This document shows, in pieces, positions 1 to 10,155 of a stretch of DNA of 17,452 nt. Made by a program: the position numbers and the translations under genes. Below the pieces are notes generated by a model. That model made no database searches, was not told where the DNA came from, and saw only the letters and a program-made list of their open reading frames with translations. The DNA lies in NCBI RefSeq assembly GCF_006345805.1, contig NW_021824830.1, positions 1-17,452 of the forward strand. The letters run 5' to 3'. How positions within the stretch are numbered: the stretch's first letter is position 1; the number at the start of each line of letters is the position of its first letter. This DNA is from Octopus sinensis. Taxonomy: Eukaryota.

Positions 1-113
1 GGCCATGCTGGGGCACAAGGAGAATAACAAGAGTAAAAGTAGTAGCTACGCCTATAATACAAGGCAGAGCAAATGTAGCAACGCCAATTCTGCGGCATTC
101 TTCTATTTTTTTT

Positions 114-246
114 TATTCTTTTACTTGTTTCAACCATTTGTCTGCGGCCATGCTGGAGAACCGACTTTATATTCGAGCAAATCGACCCCAGGACTATTCT
201 TTGTAAGCCTGGTACTTATTCCATCCGCTAAGTTACGTATATATTA

Positions 247-319
<73 letters not shown>

Positions 320-670
320 GTGTGGTGTGTGTGTGTGTGTTGTGTGTCTGTGTTTGTCCCCCTAGCATTGCTTGACAACCGATGTGGTGTGTTTACGTCC
401 TCGTCACTTGCCGAAACCGCTAAGTTTACGGGCGACATAAACGCACCAGAAGTGGTTGTCAGGCGATGTTGTTTGGGAAAAACACAGACACAGACACAGA
501 CATACACATATACATACGACGGGCTTCTTTCAGTTTCCGTCTACCAAATTCACTCACAAGACATTGGTCGGCTCGAGGCTATAGCAGAAGACACTTGACC
601 AAGGTGCCACTCAGTGGGACTGAACCCGGAACCATGTGACTGGTAAGCAAGCTACATACCACACAGCCAC
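114..670 (-). mobile_element. tRNA-derived CORE-like SINE (family A), interrupted by an inverted internal piece of the same family (238-409)
   Basis: Reverse complement of the 13122-13533 copy: head GTGGCTGTGTGGTATGTAGCTTGCTTACC...GGTTCAGTCCCAC at the 670 end, CORE-like TGGCACCTTGGTCAAGTGTCTTC, and 3' end GAAACAAGTAAAAGAATA at the 114 end. Confidence 0.85.
238..345. repeat. (TA)n-(TG)n compound microsatellite
   Basis: Directly visible. Confidence 0.95.
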
Positions 671-1032
671 ATCAACATCAACATCCAGTGTAACAAGTGC
701 TGCAGCAGAGCAGCGGCTGCAGCGAAAGCAGCAATAACAATGACGATAACAGCCAATACTGCAACAGCAACAACAACGACAATGATCGAAGGAACGGTAA
801 CAAGTACAGCAGCAACGACAACCATTAAAACAGAATCGTCAAAAGGAACAACAGCAGAATCTACCCTAGAAGTAAAAATAATAATTAAAGGCGCAACATC
901 ACAATAGCAACAAGAAAGACTGTAGTACAATAACAGTAGCATGAACAGCAGAGTAGTGGCTGCATCCGCATCACCAGCAGCATCAGCATCAGCATCACCG
1001 GCAGCAGCAACTGGAAGATGCTCATAACAATA
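671..1032. repeat. Degenerate trinucleotide (GCA/ACA/ATA) low-complexity tract
   Basis: Runs such as gcaacagcaacaacaacgac and cagcagcatcagcatcagcatca, with stops in the + strand readings examined. Confidence 0.7.
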
Positions 1033-1097
1033 ATTATGTCCAAATAATATTGAAGTTATTGGTTGGAATATATACCTGTTTTAGTATTTTTAGTATT

Positions 1098-1182
1098 TAT
1101 CGTTTATTTGTTAAGGTCATTAGACTGCAGTCATGCTGGGGCACCGGTTTGAGGAACTTGAGTCGAATGACCGACCCCGGAA
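1098..1182 (-). mobile_element. Diverged 3' fragment of SINE family A
   Basis: gtcattagactgcagtcatgctggggcacc...gtcgaatgaccgacccc matches the family A tail (gtcatttgactgcggccatgctggagcacc...gtcgagcaaatcgacccc). Confidence 0.65.
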
Positions 1183-1199
1183 CATGTTTTTTATGTCTA

Positions 1200-1565
1200 T
1201 GATTATTCTGTAAATTGTAACCCGCAGAATAACAAGGCAGTTGAATCCATCTATATCCGTTGTTGGGCGATATGAAAACTACAACAATCTTCGGACAACT
1301 TGCTTTGAATTTTTTCATCCGGCATTTTATATCATGAGTTCAAGGTGTGGCTGGCGGACAACTTTACCATCCACCATTCTAAGGTTGATGAACTGAAATA
1401 GCAGTTTACTACACGTATTAATGAAATTGAAAGATGATATGAGACAGCATGCAATGAGCCAGCACTGAGGAATAAAAACCTTACCACTGACAAACCGTGG
1501 ATTTCTAACGAACGGCTGATGATATACCGTTCGGCACTCTGGCATCATATTGATATTATCTGAAA
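1200..1565 (+). pseudogene. Possible highly decayed LINE ORF2 fragment (endonuclease-RT linker)
   Basis: Frame from ~1333 reads HEFKVWLADNFTIHHSKVDELK*QFTTRINEIER*YETACNEPALRNKNLTTDKPWISNERL. The two stops are explainable as C>T changes, and KPWISNE resembles the 'KPWI(S/T)xE' motif between APE and RT in RTE/CR1/L2-type LINEs. Recognised by eye only. Confidence 0.3.
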
Positions 1566-2554
1566 TACCCTGTCTTATTGCCAACTTGCAGACACATTTC
1601 ATCCCTCACTCGTCTACATATACACAATATTCTCCAAAATCTCTCTCATAACTTTCCTTAAAAAGGTTTCTGAGCAGATATATGTTAAAGAGATCACATA
1701 CTTTGATATTTTCGGCTTTCTTTCAGGCAACTTATTTTCAATGGTGTTTTTTAAATATACATATTCTTCAACATAACTTATCTGAACCTAAAAGAGATTC
1801 TCTTCCCTTTAATGTTATTATCAGAAACAAACCAAGTTTTTAAAATATTGCCTTTTTTTTTTTATAGAAAAGATGCTAGATTGCAATTCGGAAAGATTTT
1901 GAATACTATTTCTTGCAAAAAAAGACACAGCTTGTATTATTTATCACAGATTCTTCTCCTTGGCATTCTATTCGACTTCTTTAAGATTCATATTAAAATA
2001 AAAAACAAAAATCAATCAGAAATCATTCCATACGATAAAGAGGTGAGCCTCATATATAACAGAGAGTTGAATAAATATTTAATAGCAGACGACCGATGTC
2101 GTCTGCTATTAAGAGACAGTTAAGCGTTTCTTCCTTCATTCAATATCAATTTCCAGGAAATTCAAATACAATTATATTGTTTTTTTAACCTTTTCTATAT
2201 CTATTTTTTAATGCTCTTATCCGGATCAATAAAATATTTCTTTTTTTGTCTTTTCTGGCCACTCTGTTTGTTTGTGCAATGATAGAGGAGGCTGAGAGAA
2301 GAATGATAAAATACGCCAGTTTCTGTCTAGACATCTAAGGAAGTAATGGAAGAACTCGCTACTTAAATTTTTAAACGAATCGCAAACTACAAAGGCCAGT
2401 TATGCAGTTTTATTACACACGTTCATACACACAGACGCATATTTTCAGAGAGAGATAAGGATACGGGGTTATGTGCGTGTTAATATGTGATTGCAAGCAT
2501 AAGTGCTGCATCTTTAGGATGGCGTGTTTATTGCGAGTGATGAATGTTTCTTTA

Positions 2555-2557
<3 letters not shown>

Positions 2558-2614
<57 letters not shown>

Positions 2615-2646
2615 TATGTATAATATATATAAATGTGTGTGGCGGG

Positions 2647-2682
<36 letters not shown>

Positions 2683-2804
2683 TATATATATGCAAATATA
2701 TATATGTATGTACATATTTATACATATACCTTTGCATATGCATATATGTATATATATGCAAATGTATATGTAGATGTGAACATGAATATATATGTACGTA
2801 ATAT

Positions 2805-2861
<57 letters not shown>

Positions 2862-3225
2862 TATATATTATATGTGATAGATACACATATATATGTATAT
2901 ATGGGCATATATATGTATATGTTTGCATATATGATATATATAGATGTAGAAAAACACAGACACGCACAGACGGACCCGCATACATATATTATATAGATAT
3001 ATGCGTATATATGTATGTATAAGTATATATATAATAATATATTAGATATATTATATATATATATATATATACATACATATATGTATAAGTAATATATATA
3101 TATATATCTATATTATATATCTGTATATACATATATATGCATATACATATATATGTATGTATGTAAATATATGTGTGTATTCTTGTAATTGTGTGCGCAG
3201 ACGCACGCGTATGTTTGTGTGTGTT

Positions 3226-3258
<33 letters not shown>
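2558..3258. repeat. Large compound (TA)n/(TACA)n/(TG)n microsatellite field
   Basis: Directly visible; explains the YIYI-type ORFs. Confidence 0.95.
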
Positions 3259-3741
3259 AAGCATGTGTTAATAAAGAGAAATGATTTCTCCGGAAACCGT
3301 ATTCTTCTTTCAAACGATAAGATCTAAAGTTCTGTACATATTAACTATGAAATCGCTGAATCAGACATTCTTCACATGGAAATGGTATCCACTTCAAACA
3401 CGGAATCGTCTTAATACATGCCGCCGCCAATCAATTCTATAGTTAGCAACCTGGAAATGATTGCAACAACAACAATTGTGTGTGTGTGGTGTGTGTATAT
3501 ATATATATATATGTGTCTCTGTATAAAGACAATAATCAAAGAAAAATTGAAAATCTAGTAAAAAGGCGTCTTTTACATTCAACACATCGAATTCCTCAAT
3601 TGATTGTAAAAATTCTTTATTGTGAATTGCGTTGATTTTTAATGGTGGTTTATAAGACGAACAATAAAAAAAGTACTAAACGAAAAACAAGCCAAAGAGA
3701 AGCCTTGCTAGACATAGCAACGGAAAACAATCAACAAATGG

Positions 3742-3858
3742 GGGCAGATGTGGCTGTGGCGTAAGATGTTTGTTTATGTAACCACATGATTCCGGTTTGA
3801 GTCGCACTGCGTGACACCTTGCGGAGATGTTTTCTATTACAGCTGCAGTCCGCCCAAA
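3742..3858 (+). mobile_element. Diverged 5' half of SINE family A, truncated at a (TA)n tract
   Basis: gtggctgtggcgtaagatg...aaccacatgattccggtttgagtcgcactgcgtgacaccttg aligns to the head of the 13122 copy. Confidence 0.75.
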
Positions 3859-4156
3859 TATATATATATATATATATAATAAAATAGGGTAATAATAAAT
3901 TATTATTACCAGTGGGCTAGCACAAAAAGATGCTTTCCTATTTGGAAGCCTCTTATCGTATTTATATATATATATATATATATAAATTAATTGTTATCGC
4001 CATATTAATATGGCATTCTTATAGATATAAGAATAATCGCTGCCGCTGGTCAGCTCCATGAACCCACCGCCATCAAGATAGCTATTGATACACAATCTGT
4101 ATCCATTATAACCTTCGAACAAGGGAGGTCAGCCGCTTCACACTGCCAGTCCGACA

Positions 4157-4198
4157 GCTACAGACGCGTTTCGGGGTATTGCCCCTTGTCAATGTAGC
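4157..4198 (-). ncRNA. Identical hammerhead ribozyme copy on the opposite strand
   Basis: Exact reverse complement of 4345-4386 inside the left inverted arm. Confidence 0.8.
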
Positions 4199-4344
4199 GC
4201 AGTCAGACCCGTAATCTCTTTTATAGAAACTTAGTAATTTTAATATTTCTATTATTGAAAACAAGTGGATGTATTCCACTGAAACTAGGTAAATAGAAAC
4301 CTTCGAACAGAGACGTCAGTGGCGACACCTGCGGGTCTGACTGC

Positions 4345-4386
4345 GCTACATTGACAAGGGGCAATACCCCGAAACGCGTCTGTAGC
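4345..4386 (+). ncRNA. Minimal type I hammerhead ribozyme, U3-A8 core variant
   Basis: Stem I GCTACA(4345-50)/TGTAGC(4381-86); core TTGACAA(4351-57); stem II GGGG-CAATA-CCCC; GAAA(4371-74); palindromic stem III A-CGCG-T; GUC triplet with predicted cut after C4380. Confidence 0.85.
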
Positions 4387-4845
4387 TGTCGGACTGGCAG
4401 TGTGAAGCGGCTGACCTCCCTTGTTCGAAGGTTATAATGGATACAGATCGTGTATCAATAGCTATCTTGATGGCGGTGGCCTCATGGAGCTGACCAGCGG
4501 CAGCGATTATTCTTATATCTATAAGAATGCCATATTAATATGGCGATAACAATTAATTTCCAGTAAACGCTGCCGTAATCTCTTTTATAGAGACTTAGTA
4601 ATTTTAATATTTCTATTATATATATATATATATATATTTATCGACATTTTCCTGCTTCCAAAATGGAGGCGAACACTTTTCTCTACGAGATCGACTTGAA
4701 GAATTGTTAAGTCACTCGAATATTTTCCACTTCTTTCTTAACATGAAACTAATGGCAGACTTAGTTTACAAATAAAGAAATTATATCCACCAATGCTGTG
4801 TCAATCGTTCATTTTTATCGTTTGACATTACGTAGATACATATAT

Positions 4846-4926
4846 ATCACCGTGATCACCGTGACCGACCAGGCTATCAGATGTTGCTACACATCGCTGG
4901 TCACAATGCACTTCGCTTTGTTTTAG
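4846..4926. repeat. Short interspersed-repeat end fragment between microsatellites
   Basis: atcaccgtg duplicated, then accgaccaggctatcagatgttgctacacatcgctggtcac. Recalled as the terminus of a common cephalopod repeat; only one copy in the window. Confidence 0.4.
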
Positions 4927-5408
4927 TGTGTGTGTGTGTGTCAATGTGTGTGTGCGAGGCTTCGAATAAGACTAGTTCCAATGCGTCTCCTCCACCATAT
5001 AATGCACAAGAAAACTAAAGATTAATATATTTAGCTCAGAAAATACGCCTGTAAATATATTGTTTCTTTTCAATACTTGAATTATGAAACATAATTGCAG
5101 GCATTTAACAGAAGACCAGGTTAAATATTCATTTACCATTATAGAAGATCTTTCTCTATAATTATCATATTTGAATATTTTTCAACAGCAGCCGTGTGTG
5201 GGCGCTGCATCAGCTAGGATGTCATTAATTACTGTTGGCCTTTTCTGGCTTCCCTAGTTATACGACGTACATTTTTTTCAACCAGGGTGTTAGATTATTG
5301 AGGACGCAGATATAGATATATAAGGAAACTTACAATAATGCCATCAACAATAATAACAATAACAAACAGTGCAATCTTCAAGGTGCTTATAATATTATTA
5401 AAAAAAGA

Positions 5409-6195
5409 GGACGGCGAGCTGGCAGAAACGTTAGCATGCCGGGCGAAATGCTTAGCCGTATTTCGTTTACCGTTACGTTCTGAGTTCAAATTCCGCCGAG
5501 GTCTACTTTGCCATTCATTCTTCTGGTGTCGATAAATTAATTACCAGTTACGCACTGGTGGTCGATGTAATCGAATTAATCCGTTTGTCTGTCCTTGTTT
5601 GTCCTCTCTGTGTTTAGCCCCTTCTGGGTAGTAAAGAAATAGGTATTTCTTCTGCCGTTACGTTCTGAGTTCAAATATCACCGAGGTCGACTTTGCCTTT
5701 TATCCGTTCGGAGTTGATTAAATAAGTACGAATTACGCACTGGGGTCGATATAATCGACTTAATCCGTTTGTCTGTCCTTGTTTGTCCCTTCTGTGTTTA
5801 GCCCCTTGCGGGTAGTAAAGAAATAGGTATTTCGTCTGCCGTTACGTTCGGAATTCAAATTCTCTCGCGGTCGATGTTGTCTTTCATCCTTTCGGGGTCG
5901 ATTAAATAAGTACCAGTTACGCACTGGGGGCGATGTAATCGACTTAATCCGTTTGTCTGTCCTTGTTTGTCCGCTCTGTGTTTAACCCCTTGTGGGTAGT
6001 AAAGAAATAGGTATTACGTCTGCCGCTACGTTCGGATTTCAAATATCACAGAGGTCGACGTTGCCTTTCATCCTTTCGGGATCTATTAAATAAGTACCAG
6101 TTACGCACTGGGGTCGATATAATCGACTTAATCCGTTTGTCTGTCCTTGTTTGTCCCCTCTAAGTTTAGGCCCCTTGTGGGCAATAAAGAAATAA
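5409..6195 (+). mobile_element. SINE family B with one head and four tandem ~184-bp body units
   Basis: Head GGACGGCGAGCTGGCAGAAACGTTAGC (A-box-like); units start at 5457, 5642, 5826 and 6010, each with a B-box-like GTTCAAAT(T/A) variant and CCTTTCATCCTTTCGGGGTCGAT-like core; ends AATAAAGAAATAA. Confidence 0.9.
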
Positions 6196-6627
6196 ATATT
6201 AATAGAAAAGAAAGCCAAATAACAGAACTAATCGTATTTGTGCGGTGGTGGCACTTTTACCAAGAAGTGGAGGAAGTGTGACAAAAGAATGAAAAAAAAG
6301 ACAAAAGGAAAAGAAAATAAGAAATCGAAAATCTCAAAAGATGGTTAGAACACTCTGTTGTCTTTGTGACTTTTAGCTGGTTTATCTAAATTTTCTCTTC
6401 TCATCATTATTTATTGCTATGTTCTCTGGCCAGAATTTTTTCCGTCTTCCCCTTTTAACCCTACAGGTCATTAATCTCTAAGTGGTAGGACGGCTTACTT
6501 TCATTTATTTTATCCATATCTTTAATTTACTATTTTTTTTCTTTAGCATTTTACATACATTTCTCTCGTCGTATACCCTTACAAACTAGAAATTCTATAT
6601 GCACATAAATATACGCCATAAATTCAA

Positions 6628-6829
6628 GACGGCGAACAGAATCGTTAGTACGCCGGGCGAAATGCTTAGCGGTATTTCGTCCTTCCTCATGTTCTGAGTT
6701 CAATTTCTGCCAGGGTGAACTTTGCGTTTTATCATATAGGGGTCAACCAGTTGAGTCCTGGCCTCGATGTAATCGACATATTTTCTCCCCCGAAATTGCT
6801 GGGCTTGTGCCAAAATTTGATTGCAATAT
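6628..6829 (+). mobile_element. SINE family B variant with a different 3' tail
   Basis: Same head and core as the 5409 copy, but the tail is ccccgaaattgctgggcttgtgccaaaatttga. Confidence 0.8.
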
Positions 6830-6907
6830 AGGCATTAATTTCAATTCTCTAATGACCAGATAATGTCCATTCTACTTGAACTTAATTACTTTTATATATA
6901 TTTTGCT

Positions 6908-7292
6908 TTGTGGAGGCGAAATGGCCCAGTGGTTAGGGCAGCGGACTCGCGGTCATAGGATCGCGGTTTCGATTCCCAGACCGGGCGTTGTGAGTGTTTA
7001 TTGAGTGAAAACACCTAAAGCTCCACGAGGCTCCGGCAGGGATGGTGGTGATCCCTGCTGTACTCTTTCACCACAACTTTCTCTCACTCTTACTTCCTGT
7101 TTCTGTTGTACCTGTATTTCAAAGGGCCGGCCTTGTCACTCTCTGTGTCACGCTGAATATCCCCGAGAACTACGTTAAGGGTACACGTGTCTGTGGAGTG
7201 CTCAGCCACTTACACGTTAATTTAACGAGCAGGCTGTTCCGTTGATTCGGATCAACCGGAACCCTCGTTGTCGTAACCGACGGAATGCTTCC
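6908..7292 (+). mobile_element. tRNA-derived SINE family C, full length, 12-bp TSD
   Basis: tRNA-like head TGGCCCAGTGGTTAGGGC...GGTTTCGATTCC; TSD ATATATTTTGCT at 6896-6907 and 7293-7304; near-identical to 11383-11764. Confidence 0.92.
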
Positions 7293-7906
7293 ATATATTT
7301 TGCTGGATATCCATCCCCAACCCCTAAGAAAACGCTGCTAAAAGAATCTGGTTTCCTTGAGTAGCACTTACTAGCAAATGCCAATGTTTATCTCTACTTT
7401 ACATTAGAATATAATAAATATTAAATTATTTATGTTCTTATGAATGCTATATATATTTTCCGACAAAATAGGTTTATATTTTTTCCATAACTAAAACTGA
7501 TTTGTAGTTATTACGATGTTTTTACACGAGGCATATAAAGATATACTTTTGTTTAACTTAGAACAACGCCAACTCGTTATTTCGAGTAATACTTTCACGA
7601 GACGATCAACGATTTATGCAACATATTACACTTCATTTAACATGTAAAGAAACGACAATTTCATCCTATTAACACAATTTATCCGTTCATATGAATGGGT
7701 GTTTTGATAAAAACAGTTTCAATATCATTTATAGTTGTCTATATTATTTTTTCAAATCCTATTAAAAAACTTTTAGACTTAATTATAACCTTAATTTAAT
7801 TATCATCTCTGCTTGCTTATTAATCAGTTAGTCTTTACTTTAAATTATCTTTAAAGTCTCTTCCAGACATAGGTTTCAAAGTATGCAATGTGCATTTCTG
7901 ACTTAC

Positions 7907-7960
7907 ATACACTCCATGCTATTGGCAACAGCAAAACTACAGCAGAAGGTTCTAATTTTC
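7907..7960 (-). CDS. Possible 54-bp symmetric exon of an unidentified host gene
   Basis: Minus strand reads ttatttatgtAG|...54 nt...|GTAAGT; phase-1 reading is KLEPSAVVLLLPIAWSV. No homology recognised. Confidence 0.22.
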
Positions 7961-9849
7961 CTACATAAATAACCATCAGTTAGGAGCATATGAAAATAGA
8001 TATATATAAAATAAGGTACCAGCAAAATTAATATAAACCCAAAACATATGATTAAGTATAAACCGTAGTGAAGTTTCAATGTGATTATTACCAGTAAGGT
8101 TCCGGTGTTATTAATGTTCAACATGTTCCGATATTATTAAACCTCAACAGAGAAAGAGTGTCTAACTGCATTGCAATATTCTAGAATGAGTAGAGATGCT
8201 ATGCTATTTTTCCTTATGAATTATAAGTGATATGAAAGTTTAAAGTAATGGATCATAACTAGATATCCATAGGCACCTATTCGTTTCTCGGAGCTGCATT
8301 AGCAGGAAAACTTAATTAATAGTAAAGTTTGTGATAACATAACCGTTGTGGAGAGTCTCAAAACTTTGTCTATGTGAAATTATTCATCTATTGAAATACA
8401 CATTGTCGATAGAGCAGTTATATAATATTTCTCTTGAGATTACCTCTCTTATATACTTATTGTGTTACAACCATGATAAATATGAACGAGAAATAAAGCC
8501 TCGTCCCAACGGAGACCAGTGAGAGCCTTTTTGAGCCTCTCCAGGGATTCGAACGCCTCTGATATACAAAGATAAAGTCAATAAAAATATTCACTGACAT
8601 TGCAAACAGCCACCCTGCTGATTAAGAACCCCGCGTACAAAATTTAAGGTAGCAACAGGCGCTCTCATTGTCCAACTGATGGGACAGATTTTCATCTCTC
8701 TCTGATATTTATCATATCAATACAGCAAATCTATGTTAGAGGTTATCTCGGGACAAGTATTGCACGACCTGGCCTATTGGCTGCGTGTACAAAATAAGTA
8801 TGATAAATTCATGGTTAGTTAAATTACACATGCAGTTATAGGAACCGAATAATGGGAATGTAATTTGCAAACCATTTCGAAACAGACGTTGGGGGGAAAC
8901 AAGTAGAAATGTTTGCTGTCGCAAAATGCGTTTAGATAACTTTTTAGTGATAATTTCATTAAACTGTTAACTAAAGAATCACAATAAGTTGCAGACTTTT
9001 TTTTCGTATCGAGAATCTAAACTTACTGCAGAAAACCTAACAACGTTGATTGTTCAACGAACGAAACGAAGATTAAACACAAAAGACTAACAGCAAATAC
9101 CAACTTCTATTGTTTAGCAGCATCACTAACTCTGAAAAACCGACAAAAAATCCCATAAATTCCGAACCACCCCTACCACACAATTACATACACACACACA
9201 CACATAATAACTTCGAATGAGAAAATAGATGATAGGGTAGGAATATTAGATTTGTGTAAACGATGTATGATAAATATCACAAAGATAATTATATAAGTAA
9301 TCCTAAATGTAGGTTAATAATAATTCCTACTATCACATTAGACATAATCAGTTAGTAAGTATAGACTAAATTCATTGTACTTGAAATAAAAACAAAAGCG
9401 ACAATACATTTCCCCGCTTCTCTTCTAATATTCTTTGTCTAGTATGTCTAACAATCATCATTAGCTTCTAGACATGGTAGAAAATTATCCTCTAATATAT
9501 AAATTCCTTCATAAGCGTGGTTTTTGTAAAGAGAGTTTTATATAAATCAATGAATGAAACGTTGGCGTTTGAATATACGAAAATTCCAATATCTTCTTTT
9601 CTCATCAGTTTAGAATTCATTCTGGTGAGAAGTTATTTGATATTTCTAAATAAAATACGATGGTGCAGTTATTTGAAACTGCGCTCCGTTATATTTTAAA
9701 CGATTTGTGAAAAAGTTATAAAGATTCCTGACAATGAACGCCCAATGATTTAGAGAGATGAAGAAGTGAGAAAGCATACGTCCATGCGTACGTACACGCA
9801 TGAATGCAGATATGATCATATATATATATAATATATATATATATATATA

Positions 9850-10154
9850 AGCAAGAAACCAGGACATCTACAGAGGCAGCGATATCTATGGAACATTGAT
9901 AAAGAGTTTGCAAATCCAGTATGCAAGATATCTATTATTGTTTCTGCTTCATAGCTCTCGATATTGGAGCAACGGGAGTTATACCAACACGTCCGGATCG
10001 AAGGTGGTTGAACTTGTTTTACTGGGATGGGAGCGCAAACTCTTAATTCCTGGACTACAAATAATGACGATATCTGGGACGATGGAAATCAAAGATATCT
10101 TACGACTTACACGATCAAGATGCTTTACTTCGCGAATCTGCAACTAAATTAGTC

Positions 10155-10155
<1 letters not shown>
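9850..10155 (+). mobile_element. 3' end of a restriction-like-endonuclease (R4/Dong-like) non-LTR retrotransposon, decayed and 5'-truncated
   Basis: Frameshifted peptide DIYGTLIKSLQIQYARY (9881-) / DIGATGVIP (9960-9986) / LQIMTISGTMEIKDILRL (10055-10108) matches the RLE C-terminal pattern 'KY..L...l...y......p(i/v)iiGalG.ip...lQ...l.GT..i....L'; (TA)n on both sides. Confidence 0.7.

Larger units (their letters stand above)
3984..4619 (+). mobile_element. Non-autonomous Penelope-like (pLTR) or retrozyme-like element with hammerhead ribozyme and inverted partial duplication
   Basis: 228-bp inverted repeat (3984-4211 vs 4332-4559, 3 mismatches by eye), 47-bp direct terminal repeat (4209-4255 vs 4573-4619, 1 mismatch, period 364), hammerhead motif, and (TA)n on both flanks. 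Confidence 0.8.

Noticed and set aside
5-598. 197-aa ORF and overlapping ORFs
   Set aside because: Made of SINE sequence and (TA)/(TG) repeats; stop-free by composition.
652-1030. Thr/Ala-rich mucin-like reading (+) and hydrophobic ORF (-)
   Set aside because: Degenerate triplet repeat with in-frame stops on + and no convincing splice signals.
1812-2123. 103-aa ORF
   Set aside because: AT-rich low-information sequence with no recognisable motif.
2524-3313. Cluster of YIYI/HTHT ORFs (also 14485-15139 and 15590-16298)
   Set aside because: Microsatellite translation artefacts.
5457-6195. CRISPR-like or regularly spaced repeat array
   Set aside because: Whole 184-bp units repeat with no unique spacers; eukaryotic SINE context and no cas genes.
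6912-6988. tRNA gene candidates (also ~11385, ~13122, ~14056)
   Set aside because: Only A/B boxes and a partial cloverleaf without a proper acceptor stem; they continue into SINE bodies, two of which have TSDs.
7042-7245. Apparently conserved small protein repeated at 11467-11718 and 14052-14309
   Set aside because: Similarity simply reflects three copies of SINE family C; there is no evidence of coding constraint.
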